From the NCBI GenBank assembly GCA_965113315.1, contig OZ220363.1: 64,000 nt of DNA; one strand, written 5' to 3'. This document shows positions 41,914 to 54,400 of the stretch, piece by piece. Positions within the stretch are counted from its first letter, which is position 1. Every line of letters starts with the position of its first letter. The position numbers were made by a program, and so were the translations under genes. The notes under the pieces were generated by a model, which was not told the DNA's origin, ran no database searches, and worked only from the letters and a program-made list of their open reading frames with translations. The DNA is from Podarcis vaucheri. Lineage: Eukaryota.

Positions 41914-42295
41914 ATTTATAGGTCTAAAAACCAACACCTTAACCTTGACTAATCAGCAGCCGTTGCAGATCCTCACCACTAGCAATATGCGGGTGTGTAG
42001 GAAGCCCCACATAGCTGCATCACCTTGCACTATCAGTGGCTTCTAGTCATCCAATTATAAAATTGCCAACAATAGCTTGGCCAGAGCTGGAAGTAAGTTC
42101 TCCTTGTCACTTAGGTCACTAGAACTTCCATTGACAAAGACAGACCCAAGAGCACACAAACTTGCCTTTTGAGAGAGAGTGCAACCACATTCTGAATTCC
42201 CTGTTCCCAGACCCAGGAATTTCCCACTCACTGTGCCTGTCTTATCAGGATTCAACTTCAGTTTATTTTGCACCCCTTTGCACAGGCAACTCAAG
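41914..42295 (-). mobile_element. Decayed L2 LINE RT fragment (host of the hAT insertion)
   Basis: Minus-strand NKLKLNPDKT motif, typical of L2 RT. Confidence 0.65.
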
Positions 42296-43389
42296 GAGCT
42301 AGCCTTGGTTTGTAAGTCTGAGCAATGAGGCTATGCTTCTCCATTATTCCTGTTTTACGCAGAGCACCTATTTTTTGTAGTTACCGTACTTGATAAATAA
42401 AATCACAATTAATAGTCTCTTCCTATTCAACTAGTTATTGATGATAACATGGATGCTGCTTTTGTCACTGAAGGGGACAATTTTGTTATGTTATTAAATT
42501 GTCATGCATCAAACAAGGATTCACACCTAGAATCCATGTGATGCTGTGCTTTTCTCAAGACTCCTAAACTTCCATCACCCACAGCCATCTCTTAGCATTT
42601 AAATCAATATGTTTTCTGTTCTCTCTCTGCCCCCTCCCCCAAATCTCTCTCCCCTGTACTTAAAACTAACAAGTGATAGTGCTTGACTTTCAGGAGGGAG
42701 AGTGGGGAAGTGTGATTTTTAACAGGATGCAGATTTCTATTTTGAGCTTCCCCCACCCCCGCCAATTTGAAGGGAAGCCAAAGCAAACCTTACAAATGCA
42801 GAATGATTCACTAGGGATCTTTACAACAAGAACAACATGATGCAGACAAGCTGGGGTGGGGAACTTCCAGTCTGTGGGCCAGGTATTTTTAGGGAAGCCA
42901 CATCCTCCTGCCCTTTATCTGATGCCATACATGATATTGGGCTGAGCAAATAAGGGCAGGACTTTAAAAGAACAACCAGGAGCTGAAAGTGGACTCCTGG
43001 TTATTCATATGCTGTAGCAACACACACTGTTAGCTGCCCATCAGCTGATAGGCAGTAGAAGTGTGCCTTGCTCAAAGAGGGGGGAAATGGGTCCCATTGA
43101 ATGGAAAGTGCTTCTCCCTCCCACCTCTGCTTTTTTAAGCTGCCCCATGTGTCTCCCTTCTACCACCAACAAAGGAGATAGAATGGAGCCCCCCCCAGAC
43201 TGTGGAATGCTTGCAAAACCTTTTGCTACCCTCCCTGTGCTTTCCTTTGCTCCTCTGACACTGGGGAGGCTCACAAAACCCCTTCCAATCTGCAACACAG
43301 GAAAGTTGAAAGGGAGGTTGCAGGGCAGGCATGGGGTTGGTTGATTTTCTGTTCCGCCTTCACCACCCCCCTGTCACCACCACTGTTGA

Positions 43390-43945
43390 TGTTGTTAATG
43401 GAGGAATCCAAGGGTTCCCTTGGGCAAAAAAACAAAAACACCAACCAGGACAATTTGGAGCAAAACAGCAGCCTGTAGGCTTGGCCTTTATTGGAAACTG
43501 TCGCGACAGGACTCCCACCCACAACAAGATGAAGCAAAATGGAAGCCCCGAACAAAAGAAGACCCCAACATTTATTAGCTACTAATCCCCCAAACTACAC
43601 CCCCAAACTACATCACAACTACATCATTGATACATCACAAAAAGGAGAGAGGGGGGAGTTGAGGAGGTAACTCAAGTATCTTGTCACCTGGCTGGTTCCT
43701 CCTTTCCTCCCTCCCTATGAGTCACTTCCAGGAGACAAAAGGGGATTGGCAGTTTCCTGCCCCCAGAGGGAAGATCTGATCATTGTCCTTTGTTCCAGTC
43801 TGTGTTGAATCCACTCCCATATTCAAGTCCATTGTGCCCTTGATGGTCTTCTGTCTGGGACCATCAAGGTTGCCATGCCAACTGGGCAGGGCTCCTGCGT
43901 ACCTGTTGGCACGGTTAAGGGATTATGGCTGTCCTGTATCAAACC
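43390..43945 (-). mobile_element. Probable solo LTR (boundaries approximate)
   Basis: Minus-strand AATAAA (tttatt at 43487) in an aataaaggccaagcctacaggctgctg context; short internal tandem duplications; TSD not found. Confidence 0.45.
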
Positions 43946-44052
43946 ATCCCCTTTGATAGTCCTTCCTTCATGGAGCAAAATAAAAGTGGACCAGTGTAAA
44001 TCCGATGTAAGGTTGATTTACTATGAATTTATAACAGAAACGTCGCGTATAT

Positions 44053-44102
<50 letters not shown>

Positions 44103-44129
44103 TGCGTGTGTGTGTGTGTGTGTGTGTGT
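44053..44129. repeat. (TG)n(GA)n(TG)n compound microsatellite
   Basis: Direct reading. Confidence 0.95.
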
Positions 44130-44411
44130 AGTGCAGTGTTTGTACAAACTGAATGATGGGGGGGGGGGTCCTGCAACACTGTCAGAAAGAAGAGAAAGAA
44201 ACCAACATTTTAAAATGATCAGGAGGGACACCAAATGCAGGATTGCCAGCTAGCCACATTTTGACATACGCAAAGAAATACATTTTGCCATCTAAAAATG
44301 GAGCCTGCAAGATCCTCTAAAGTTGCCTATCTGTCCCGCTACTGAAGGGTGCATAACAGAGTCTTCCTAAGATGGCAATGCTGAACTATTCTACAGAGTG
44401 CATACAGATTT

Positions 44412-44456
44412 GTGAAGAGTTGGACACAACTAAACGACTAAACAACAACAACAACA
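44412..44456 (+). mobile_element. Very short Bov-B 3' tail
   Basis: gaagagttggacacaactaaacgactaa(aca)n. Confidence 0.8.
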
Positions 44457-44935
44457 AAGGCTTCCTCAGCTATAGGTTTAGCCAGTGCACTGCATTTCCT
44501 CTGAAGATCATAGGGTGCATTCCAACACAAATTACAAAATGTGAACACAAAAGACATAAGAAAAACAAAAACAAACCAATAACTGCCCCCCACAAGCACA
44601 TTTAAAAGGACATAGAACGTTCATCAGCCCAAGGCCTGGTTAAAAAGAAACATTTCCCCTTGGCACCTGAAGGTGCAATGAAGGTGCCAGGCGAGGTTTC
44701 CTGGGGAGAGCATTCCACAAAGGTGGAGCCAACATAGAAAAGGCCTGTTTTCATATTGCTACCCTCCAGACCTCTCTGGTGTCAATTGCTTTCCTCTTCC
44801 CTTCCCATTTTGTTTTTCTTTTATATCTTGTCCATTAGATTGTGAACCTTATCTTTTAATGAATGCGCAGAGCACAGATATTTCTAGGTGCTGATTAATA
44901 ATGGCCACTCCCCACATCAAATGGGGGGCATACTT

Positions 44936-45777
44936 TGTGTGGACGCGCACAGCACCCCTGATCCTACACGGCTGCTAACAGTATTGCCTGGCATGCCCTG
45001 CCCCCGGCTGGGTACCTGGAGGTTCCCACCCAACCTTGGACCAATCCCAGTGGGGGAGGCATTGCCAGGGGAGTTGGCCAGGTAGGGGGTGGGACTTCCC
45101 TACCCACACAATAGACGGTGGAACTTACCTGGGGGATCACAGTCGACTCCATAGCTTCTCCCACCCCACCCTCCCTCAGTTAAGCTTTCCTTTGCAGGTT
45201 AACTTCTTCTTCACAGGTGTGCTGGCGCTGCTATGTATTGGTCACTGTTAAAGGGCCGGAAAGGAATTTTCCTGCATTGACAGGTTTTACCTTCCCCGTA
45301 GCAAAACATCACGACTTTGGCGGTTTCAGGCCTTGGGTGGAATCCTTTAGTCTTTCTTCCCTAAAATGGGGAAGGGGGACCATGAAGCGGTGACCCACGC
45401 CCCCCCCCCCATGGTGGCAATCCCAGGGTTCCCCGTTAAAGGGGTTGTTCTGAGGGGAGTCATTGGCCATACGCCAAGAGGCTGTCATTGGTCTCCCCCG
45501 CGTTGCGGTGAATTGGGGGGCGGACTCTCTGTTTGAACAGACGTTCTCCAGAGCCAGTCCAATCCCCACTCAATCTGGATAACCCTGATGTTCCCCAGAT
45601 CCCCGCCTGGGGACTGGGAGGGATAAACGCCCAAGGCCTAAGCCAAGGTCTCCCTACACCTGAATCTTAAATAAAGTTGTGGCCAATTTTCATCCCATAA
45701 CACAGTGTTGTGTGTCTTTATTCCATGCGGGAGCCAGCCTTGGGTTGCGGGGGGGGGGGTCTCCGCCTGTCCGCGCA
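44936..45777 (+). mobile_element. Probable solo LTR (~840 bp)
   Basis: Termini tgtgtggac...gtccgcgca (TG...CA, short inverted repeat), GC-rich body, AATAAAgttgtggcc at 45670; TSD not recovered. Confidence 0.65.
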
Positions 45778-46972
45778 ATGATAATAACAGTAATACTAAT
45801 AACAGTGCATTTAAAAATAATAATGATAATATTGCAAACTGATCAATGCCAACCCAAAATACAGTCATTTTTGCACTCCCCCATCACAATTCCCTTGGCA
45901 CCCACCTAATTTAATTGAAAAGCACATTGATTCTTTTCAGGCACACAGACTGACATGACCTTAAAACTGAAGCGTGGCTCATTATATGGTAACAATTGTT
46001 CTTGATACAGTTTTTTCTCTTCACCACCCACATTCACAGCAGCACAAAGAACGATCTGGGCCCAGTACTTTGCATCCAGACCATTGTGCTTTCCCCCTTA
46101 TTAATTTGACACAGACAGCAAACTTCCTCAGGCTGCAATCGTTAACTCTCTCTCTCTGACATTTGTGGTTACAGATGCACGCAGTCAGAGAAATGGCACT
46201 GCAATTAAATAACTACTAACCAATGCAAACACATGATATAACACCAGGCTATGATGCAAATGTTCTTGGTTTCTATTTTAATAAGACTAGTGACACTGCC
46301 GGTTAACAATGAAGGCAATAGGCACATTATAAGCTGGCAGGCAGACATTAGGTAACACAGAATTCACAGCCTAGGTCTCTGTAATGAATGCGCTAAAGGA
46401 AAGCATCTGAAGTGTACTCTTCTTAATATGCTTTGTCTCTTTTTCACTTGAAAGCCGCTAGAAGGAAGCCAGATTAGTTTACAGGGTTCTCCCCCTCCTC
46501 CCGTAATATGGAATAGTAGGCTTGGGGGTGTAATTTACTTGCTCCTGAAATAAATAGCAACATAGGTACAGTTCTTAAGGTGGTATAGTCACACAGAGTG
46601 CCTATTCAACACACCAGCAGAGTGTGCCAATGGAACAGAAATACACCAGACAGTTCTAGGTTTACTAGCACTGTAATGCAGTTGCACAGCTTGTAAATTA
46701 CATACAGTTGTAATATACAGACCTTCTAGGAGCATATAGTCTCCTTGCAATGTTTGAACACATACTAGGCTCAGGGCAAGGGCTTCAAATTGAAACTTGC
46801 TTCAAAATGTATTTATACTAGATTGTGCTGAGTCACTCTCTCATGCTTGACATGAGCCAACAGTGTGGCACGGCAGCTAAAAAGCCAATGCAATTGTGGG
46901 CTGCATCAATAGGAGTATAGCATCTGTCATAGGGCAGTTGGTGGCCCTGTGTGGGGAGGGGATAGTCTAGTT

Positions 46973-48396
46973 CAGTGTTTCCCAACCTTTTTTGGGCAAA
47001 GGCACACTTGTTTCATGAAAAAAATCTCGAGGCACACCACCATTACAGCCCCGTGACGTCAGCGCGCAGCGTCACGCCGGGAGGGACATGAATTGCTAGC
47101 AAATTACATAATCACCTCCTTGAGGGCTGGCTCATCTTCTCCGAAGGCAGAACCCCATTAATTAACAGCACAGACTCACACCATAGCCAAGACGAGGGGG
47201 GAAACCTCAGTCATGCACAGTCATGCACATGTGGGGGCTAAATGAGGATGAAGACCGGGCAGAGAGCAGGGTTCAAATCACCCCACCTGGCCAGGACAAT
47301 CCCTGGGTGCTCCCTTGGGCCACTCGCCTGACCCACCTCGCAGGGCTGTTGTTGCGAGGATAACACGGGGAGAACCACGCGCGCCCCCGGGAGCTCCTTG
47401 GAGGAGAAAGCGGGCGATGAATGCAATGCACGAAATATATGAGAGGCGACCAGGTTTTGCAGGTGAGGGGCCCCCGCCAGCCTCCGCTTCCAACACCCGG
47501 CGCAACGACGCCGAAGTTTTCCCCCGGGCTCGGCTCGGGGAGCAGCGCTGCTCCCCCCCGGCTCCCCTTCGCCCTCCTGGCTCTCTCTGCCGCCCACTGG
47601 GGACCCCCCTCACCTGCCAAGTCCGGAGCGCCGGTGGAAGTTGCATGCATGCATGCAGGGCGCCACGTTGCCATTGCATTGCACTGCACTCCATGCAATG
47701 CCTGCACGCATGCATTGCCTTGCACGCCCGCCAAGGGGTCTCCCCACGGTCTGATGCGTCCCCTCTGGCGCGGATGCAGCATTGCAAAAATAAAAAACCC
47801 CCGACGCAGCCCTACCTGGGGGGCAGCCTCCGCCGCTCCGCCTCCGCGGGGATCCCCGGGCTCCATCCTGCCGCCCGATCTCCGCGGGGGCGCAGGCAGG
47901 CTGCGCAGGGTCTGCGCGGAAGAGCCCCTGCCCGCCCGGCCGCCGCCGCTGCGCTCATTCCATGGCCGGGAGAAGAGCGCTTCAAACAAAACGCCCGGCC
48001 CGCCAGGCCACGCTGGGAAACGTAGTTTGCGCACCCCATGCGGGCGCGGAGCCCAAGGGCGAGGGGACTACGGATCCCGGCAGCCCCCGCGCCGGGGACG
48101 GAGGGGGAGAGGCCGGGTGCAGGGATGGAGGGACGGGTGGGCGAGCGAGTGAGTGAGTGGCAGCCGCCAAGCCTTGGCCGAGAGCCAGGAAGGGCCTCCC
48201 CGGAGGAGGAGGAGGAGGGAGGCGCAGAGCGGGAGGGAGGGAGGGAACCCCAGGGGTCATCTAGTGACGGCGCCCCAATCGAAAATTTGACTTAAAAAAA
48301 AATATATATTTCGAATTTTTTAATTTTTCCCGCGGCACACCAGGCAACATCTCGCGGCACACTAGTGTGCCGCGGAACAGTGGTTGGGAAACACTG
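46973..48396. mobile_element. Non-autonomous hAT element carrying a CpG-island-like cargo
   Basis: Perfect 15-bp TIR cagtgtttcccaacc / ggttgggaaacactg; perfect 8-bp TSD gtctagtt at 46965-46972 and 48397-48404; no transposase ORF. Confidence 0.93.
47760..48260. promoter_or_regulatory. CpG-island promoter-like segment inside the hAT element
   Basis: Very high GC/CpG; ZNF143/THAP11-type motifs actacgtttcccagcgtggcc (minus, 48006-48026) and actacggatcccggcagccc (plus, 48067-48086); Kozak ATG at 47866 and CAG|GTAGGG donor at 47816/47815 on the minus strand. Confidence 0.55.
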
Positions 48397-49701
48397 GTCT
48401 AGTTGGAACAGAATTAATATACTGCTATTATATTGGCTACAGCAGAGAGGACACCATAAACAAACAAACAAGCAAGCAACCAAACAAGCAAGCAAACAAA
48501 CGGACAAACTTCGCTGTCTCAACCTCGCCACCCTGCTGCCTGGGAGTCGTACAAGGAGGGGCTGCTAAAATTTATGGACCTATGCCAGCCGACCAGAGGT
48601 TCCACACCACTCCTATAGACTGCAAGGAGGCCATCCCCCTTCTGGTTGTGTGTGCCAGAGGCACTGATATCAATCTGATGTGCCCACCAGCTCCTGATCC
48701 TCTTCCAGGTTCTCTGCCAGTCTGGTTCTACACACTGTCATGTTACCTGTGGAATTTTAAAGGATTTCAGTGTAGGATGGCAAAAACATTATGAGAGATG
48801 CTAGAGGTAAAGAAAGCCATAGATGAACACTCAGATTATCCTGGCCTCTGCAGCATAGATTGTTTAATAGAATGGGGCAGTGCAGCACTTTTAAAACCTT
48901 AACCGTTCTGGCTATAAAATACAACTCCACTGGGCTCTTCTTTTAGAAGAGTTATGACAAGTGTAATCAATAAGGCTTGTTAGCATATGGTGTGAAAGGG
49001 TCAGAGGACTCCTTCAACTCCCTGGGTGCATCATTTGAAAGGGCAATAGGGATATATCACTGCACTGTGCAAGACAATAATTCCATTCAAAGTCCCAGGT
49101 TCCGAATGTTTCATATGAAAACATTAAATATTGTCAGAAATTCTCTGTCTTTCCATTGTAACGTTGGTCTTCACAATAGGACATAAATTCAGCACTGATT
49201 TAAAACTGATATAAAACTGCAAGATGTTTCAATGAATTGTTGCCATTCATTAATCACCTACCCATATGTTTTTGTTGACTGGAACATATAATGGCCTAGC
49301 ATACTCAAAAGCAGAGGCTTCTGAGATCTGATATTTTCAGTTTAGACATTAAGGGCTGCTCTTCACTAGAGCACTCTCCACATGATTGCCGTGTGGCCAA
49401 CTTCCATGCACAGGGATCATACACACAGCTTGCATGCAAAGGGACAGGAGTGGGACTTTCCATCCCACTTCAATGTTCAAAACTCCCACTGTTCTAGGCA
49501 CATTTTGTGACAGGGAATTTCATTAGCACAAGCAGTTTCTGAGCGCTAGGCACAGTACTGCGCCTAAGATTTCAGACTAAAACTGCAGAGTAGAAGGAAA
49601 GGATGACCTTTTTCTGCCTCCCCACTTCCAGCTACTCTATGAAGACAGGAGAAGAGACCTTCTTAAAAATATTAGGAGGGTGGCCAGGAGAAGGACTAGA
49701 C

Positions 49702-49837
49702 TGGGCACCCCCAAACTCACCTCTCCAGATGTTTTGGGACTACAGTTCCCATCATCCCTGACCACTGGTCCTGTTAACTAGGGATAATGGGAGTTTTAGT
49801 CCCAAAACATCTGGAGGGCCAAGTCTGGGGATACCTG
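49702..49837. mobile_element. Palindromic hAT MITE (same family as 10982, 13730)
   Basis: Same arms; 8-bp TSD gactagac at 49694-49701 and 49838-49845. Confidence 0.88.
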
Positions 49838-50214
49838 GACTAGACCATGTGAAAAATGAATATAATATTTTAGCTGCAGTTCATTCATTTCCAGCATTGT
49901 ATTCTTGTTATAAAAAAGTGCACCTAGGCATTCCATTGTTACACCCATAACCTAGGTTTAAGGTGCCATTTAGCTCCTAGCTTTCATATCTCAGTTTCTA
50001 ACACTTTCCCACTTCCAATTCAATGCCCACATGAAAAGCCATATTTACATGCACAGAGGAACCTAGGACAATCCTTGGGTAGCAGCCTAACCTTTCTTGT
50101 GTGTGCTCATTATGTCTAAGACTATATGTTGTGGAATACATTGTATACACATCTTAAATACTTAACGTAGAATCTATGGGACTCAAGGGTCATCTAGCAA
50201 CGCCCCCATGTCAA

Positions 50215-50365
50215 CTTAGATAGCTCAGTTGGTTAGAGTGTGGTGCTGATAATGCCAAGTTTGCAGGATTGATCCCTGTGTGGGACAGCTGCATATTCCT
50301 GCACTGCAAGGACAGATAGATAGACTAGATAGAACTCAGGGTGGCTTCCAGCTCTACAATTCTAG
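50215..50365 (+). mobile_element. tRNA-Ile-derived SINE with CR1-type 3' tail
   Basis: tagctcagttggttagagtgtggtgctgataatgccaag...gatccc head followed by actagat...cttccagctctacaattct CR1-like tail. Confidence 0.75.
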
Positions 50366-50489
50366 GTAAAGTTGCCCTACGTTTGGACCTTGCTTTGTGT
50401 TTCCTTTCCATGTAGAAATCCCTTTCCACATGGATCCCAGCCAGCATTTTCTAAATATCACCTGGCAATTGGAGGAAGCGACCTAGTGT

Positions 50490-50863
50490 TAACAGAAACT
50501 CTGGATGACTTGTTAAAGTAATCAGTAACCTTCCTGTTGCAACATTCCCCCAGCCTCCAAATCCATGCAGATTAGTAGTGAAAACTGTACCCAGACCACC
50601 AATCAGCAATCTCTGAATCATATACCTATGAACCAATCACTAAATTGCCTCTGTTGATCTCATGGAGATCTGCCAATCCTGAAGGTATCAAACAAAACAG
50701 CACCTGCAAAGCATGCAATGTCCAATTGACTGCAAATGGACGGGGCCACATTCACTCAGCATGTGGGTAAAACAACAACTGACCTCTGCACAAACATTTT
50801 AAGAACCATAAATCCACAAGATTGGCAATCAATCAATCAATGGAACTACTGGTTGCAAAACAG
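50490..50863 (+). mobile_element. Penelope-like element remnant (RT/GIY-YIG linker and endonuclease)
   Basis: Frameshifted motifs LPVATFPQPPNPCRLVV, IKQNSTCKACNV, QHVGKTTTDLCT, FKNHKST, LVAKQ match the PLE pattern AFRQPPNL...ITC.S.NVIY...YVG.T...L.TRF.NH...VA.H. Confidence 0.7.
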
Positions 50864-51321
50864 TAGTAGTAACAGTAGTATAACAGTAGTATTTAGATAA
50901 TAACAGTCCATCTGATTGAACAATTATTGCAATAAATATGCAATCTGATCCTAGAACATTGGTAACAAGAAAAACTGTCTATTTTATTGATTTATCTGGT
51001 TATAAAAGTATTAGATACTGTTAATTTGTACAATAGAACATGACAGTGTACGGCAATATATACAATAAAACATCATTAAAACAGTACAAAACAGTCTGCA
51101 TATATACTACAGCAGATACAACACATCTAAATATTCCCTCCTCACTGCACCATTTGATTCACATCAGAGCAGCTAAAGAAGGTGGAAGCCTGAAGAATAT
51201 ATATGTTTTCCTTTTCAAATATATCTCTGTTTTATTAGTCAATGCAATAAATGTTTAGTTTTAGTGGCTAACAGCATCCTTCCAAGATCTAGAGCAAACA
51301 TGCCTGAAGTGCTGTTTGATG

Positions 51322-51322
<1 letters not shown>

Positions 51323-51397
<75 letters not shown>
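51323..51397. repeat. (TG)n(AG)n microsatellite
   Basis: Direct reading. Confidence 0.95.
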
Positions 51398-51401
<4 letters not shown>

Positions 51402-54400
51402 TTATTGTAATGCCCTGGAAGATATCTGTCATAAAGACGTTGCAGATGTTCCTTGTATGCTTGACACCACAAAAATAATGCATCTGTTAACACACAGCTT
51501 CTTTTATGTCCCATAAAGATACATTTTGCAGTCCTCTTTTCTGTCCTATGTCCTTACACCTCCAAGGCATGAATATGGGGAAGCAATAACCAAAGCTGCC
51601 TTCAGACCCTGTTTGAACTTCATTCATTTAAAGCAGGGATGGGGAACCTCCAGCTCATGAGCCAAACTAGCCTCACCAAGTTTTCTAATTAGACCTGTGA
51701 GGCAATATTTCCCTGACAGGCCTATAAGAACTGCTGCAGCTGCTACCACCCAGGAAGACTCCCCTGCTCAGTGCCTGAGGGCCCCAGTCCTGCCACTCAC
51801 CGCCTGGCCCAGGGCAGGGCCTGATGGGCTCTATAAAAGACTGCTGCCACTGCTGCTGCTGGGCAGAGAGGGCTCCATTTTGTTTTGCTTTTTGTTTAAA
51901 TTGCTGTTATTTTTTACCTATGTCATTTTAAACTGATAGTAATGCTGTATTCTTAGTTTTAGATTTCATTTATGTGGAAATTGTTTCCCATTTAGGTTTT
52001 TTTTATGTGGTTTATTTATTGTTTATGACTTTTGTAACTATGTAAATCTTGTTATGCTGTAAACCGCCTTGAGCATTGTTTTTTAACTGTGGAAAGGCGG
52101 CATACAAATAAAAAATGATGATGATGATGCCACAGCCACCTGCCCCACAGGTGTTGACATAAGATGACCAGTGTGAGGCAGCCGGGGATGCCACAAAATT
52201 CTAATTCAGAGGGCCAGGCCCCCCAGCTTCTATGGCAGCCATGCACACATGCCACAGGCCATGCTGACATCATGCGCACATGCTGTGGGGCATGTATACA
52301 CGGCACACTGACATCACACAGCCCCGAACTCCCTAAATCATGGGGGCAAGGTACGCGTGTGGAGGCAGGTAAAATCACAGCTGTAGAGGAACACCTCTAA
52401 ACCTTAGAATGTATTCCTGATGTTGCATTCAGTGCCTTTTAAATTTGCAATTGCAAATTCTGCTGGAATCAGTTTCACACAGGAGCTCCTGATCAGAGTG
52501 TGGCCAAATCCCTGTCAAATGCTAAGCCAAGACGGTTTTAAATTCAGTGCCAAATACACAGCTCACTAGGATCTGAGCTTCTGCGCAAAGCAAATCCCTG
52601 ATTGGAGTAGGGGTTTCGTTTAACAATGAATTTTAGTGCTGCTTTCTGCTGGAATTTTTGCAGCTGTAGCTTGAATTCAACATTTGGTTGAAAAGGAAGA
52701 ACTAGGGATGCACTTTGAATGTGTGACTGATTCTTTCTTTGATGTTTGAATCAATTGCAGCCATACAATGTCAGGTGACTGAGAGACTGATGGCCCCATA
52801 TACCTGTCAGAAGCGTCCCATGTCTGCTTTAAAGGCATGTCTAAACTTAAAATGTTAACCACAGTTTTCATTGTTTCTTCTAAAATATCCTGAGAATTGT
52901 AACTCTTGCAAGGAGATTTCTACCAAATAAGTTTTAGCACCTACAGAAAACTACAATTCTTTGGTAGAAGACACACTATCTGCTCCCAAACCAAATAGTC
53001 TGAATGTCTTCGACTTTTTTTTTTTTTTTTGGTATGATTTACTGCCTAGTTCTGCATAACTGCCACTGCCATTCCATTCTTAGGTATCCCTGTACTTCTT
53101 GAACCCCAAAATGAAGCACCCTATGCTCGATTCCGTACTTGCCAGGCCTCATCTCAGATTTGGAACAGAACTGCACTGTTGTTTCCTATGCCTTAAATAC
53201 TAACTTCCTCCCAGGAATACAAGTCTATGAAATGGTATATTGAGCAGAAACCAAATCAAGGCAAATAGTATCTTCTCAAACAAAACAAAGGTGACTCAAA
53301 CAAGCACAGAGATAAATATATCACAAATGAAAGGAGAGAAAGTTCTCAAAGGAGATGAATCCAATTCTAAATGTAACATAAAAGAAATAAATAGTCGCTT
53401 TTTAATTTGCAAATTGGAAACAAGCCCCCATTCAAGTTGTGCCTTATAGAAGAAACATTTGAAGAACTCTTGGTGCTCTGGTTATTTTACATAGATGATT
53501 AATCTGGTTGAAAATTCTTAAGGCTGTATTCTCAGCCCAAGGGATATTCAGCCATCCCCTTTATTAATCTATTCTAGAAGGCTTCATCCTCTTATCACTT
53601 TGCTGATTTGCTTTCTGTCTCCAGAGGTCTGTAATATATACAAGTATTACCTAAATCCAAAAGCTAAAACTGATTGAATTTTATAGCACTGTGTTATACA
53701 CTGACAAAAACAAAACAGCGCATGAAAACTGTACTGGGACTTGGGATGAAATTTTCATTTCTATTTTTGTTCAAGCACATTCCCCCGCTTTCTTAATATA
53801 CAGGTAAATTTGTAAAGAAATGCTTCTAATGATAGCAGCAGAATGGATATGCAAGCTTAATAAGTCATTATTTTTAAATACTTTAAGAGCCTAACTGTAG
53901 TGGAATGAAAGCTGAGAAATAAAGCTGCTACCTTTAGGAAGATGAAGCTACATGGAATACTGGTACTGGCTATGGATGGTCATCCCTCAGTTTCCCATCT
54001 GATGGTAGGACCCCACATCCCTCAGCATGGGTGTAAGGTCAGTTCCCACTGGTCCTCTGCAACATTGAGTTGGGTGAATGAAGACAAATGCCTACAATTA
54101 CAAATGCATAGATGCTCCACACAGTTAAGAGCTCTGCATGATCAAGGGGCACAACAGCAACTGCATTCGTGCCTGTGCTCTTTTTGATACCTTCTGCTCA
54201 ATGTGCAGACATTGATTGATGCACCAATGTCAGGCACAAAGGCAGCAGGTTGAGGTCTGCTTGATTCACACAGTTATTATATATTGGATGAAAACATGGA
54301 AAGGCATACAGTGTGCAACAAAGAGGTTGGGTGCTCTAGTATACAAACAATTGGAAGCTGACTTGAAAATGGCTTCCAAATAACTTTGGAAAACCCATGC

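Noticed and set aside
47238-48295. Long overlapping ORFs (236, 243, 253, 169 aa)
   Set aside because: Open in several frames on both strands because of extreme GC content; low-complexity G/P/A/R products with no transposase or other recognisable domain
50215-50285. tRNA-Ile gene
   Set aside because: Acceptor stem and T-arm are degenerate and the sequence runs into a CR1-like tail, so it is a SINE head
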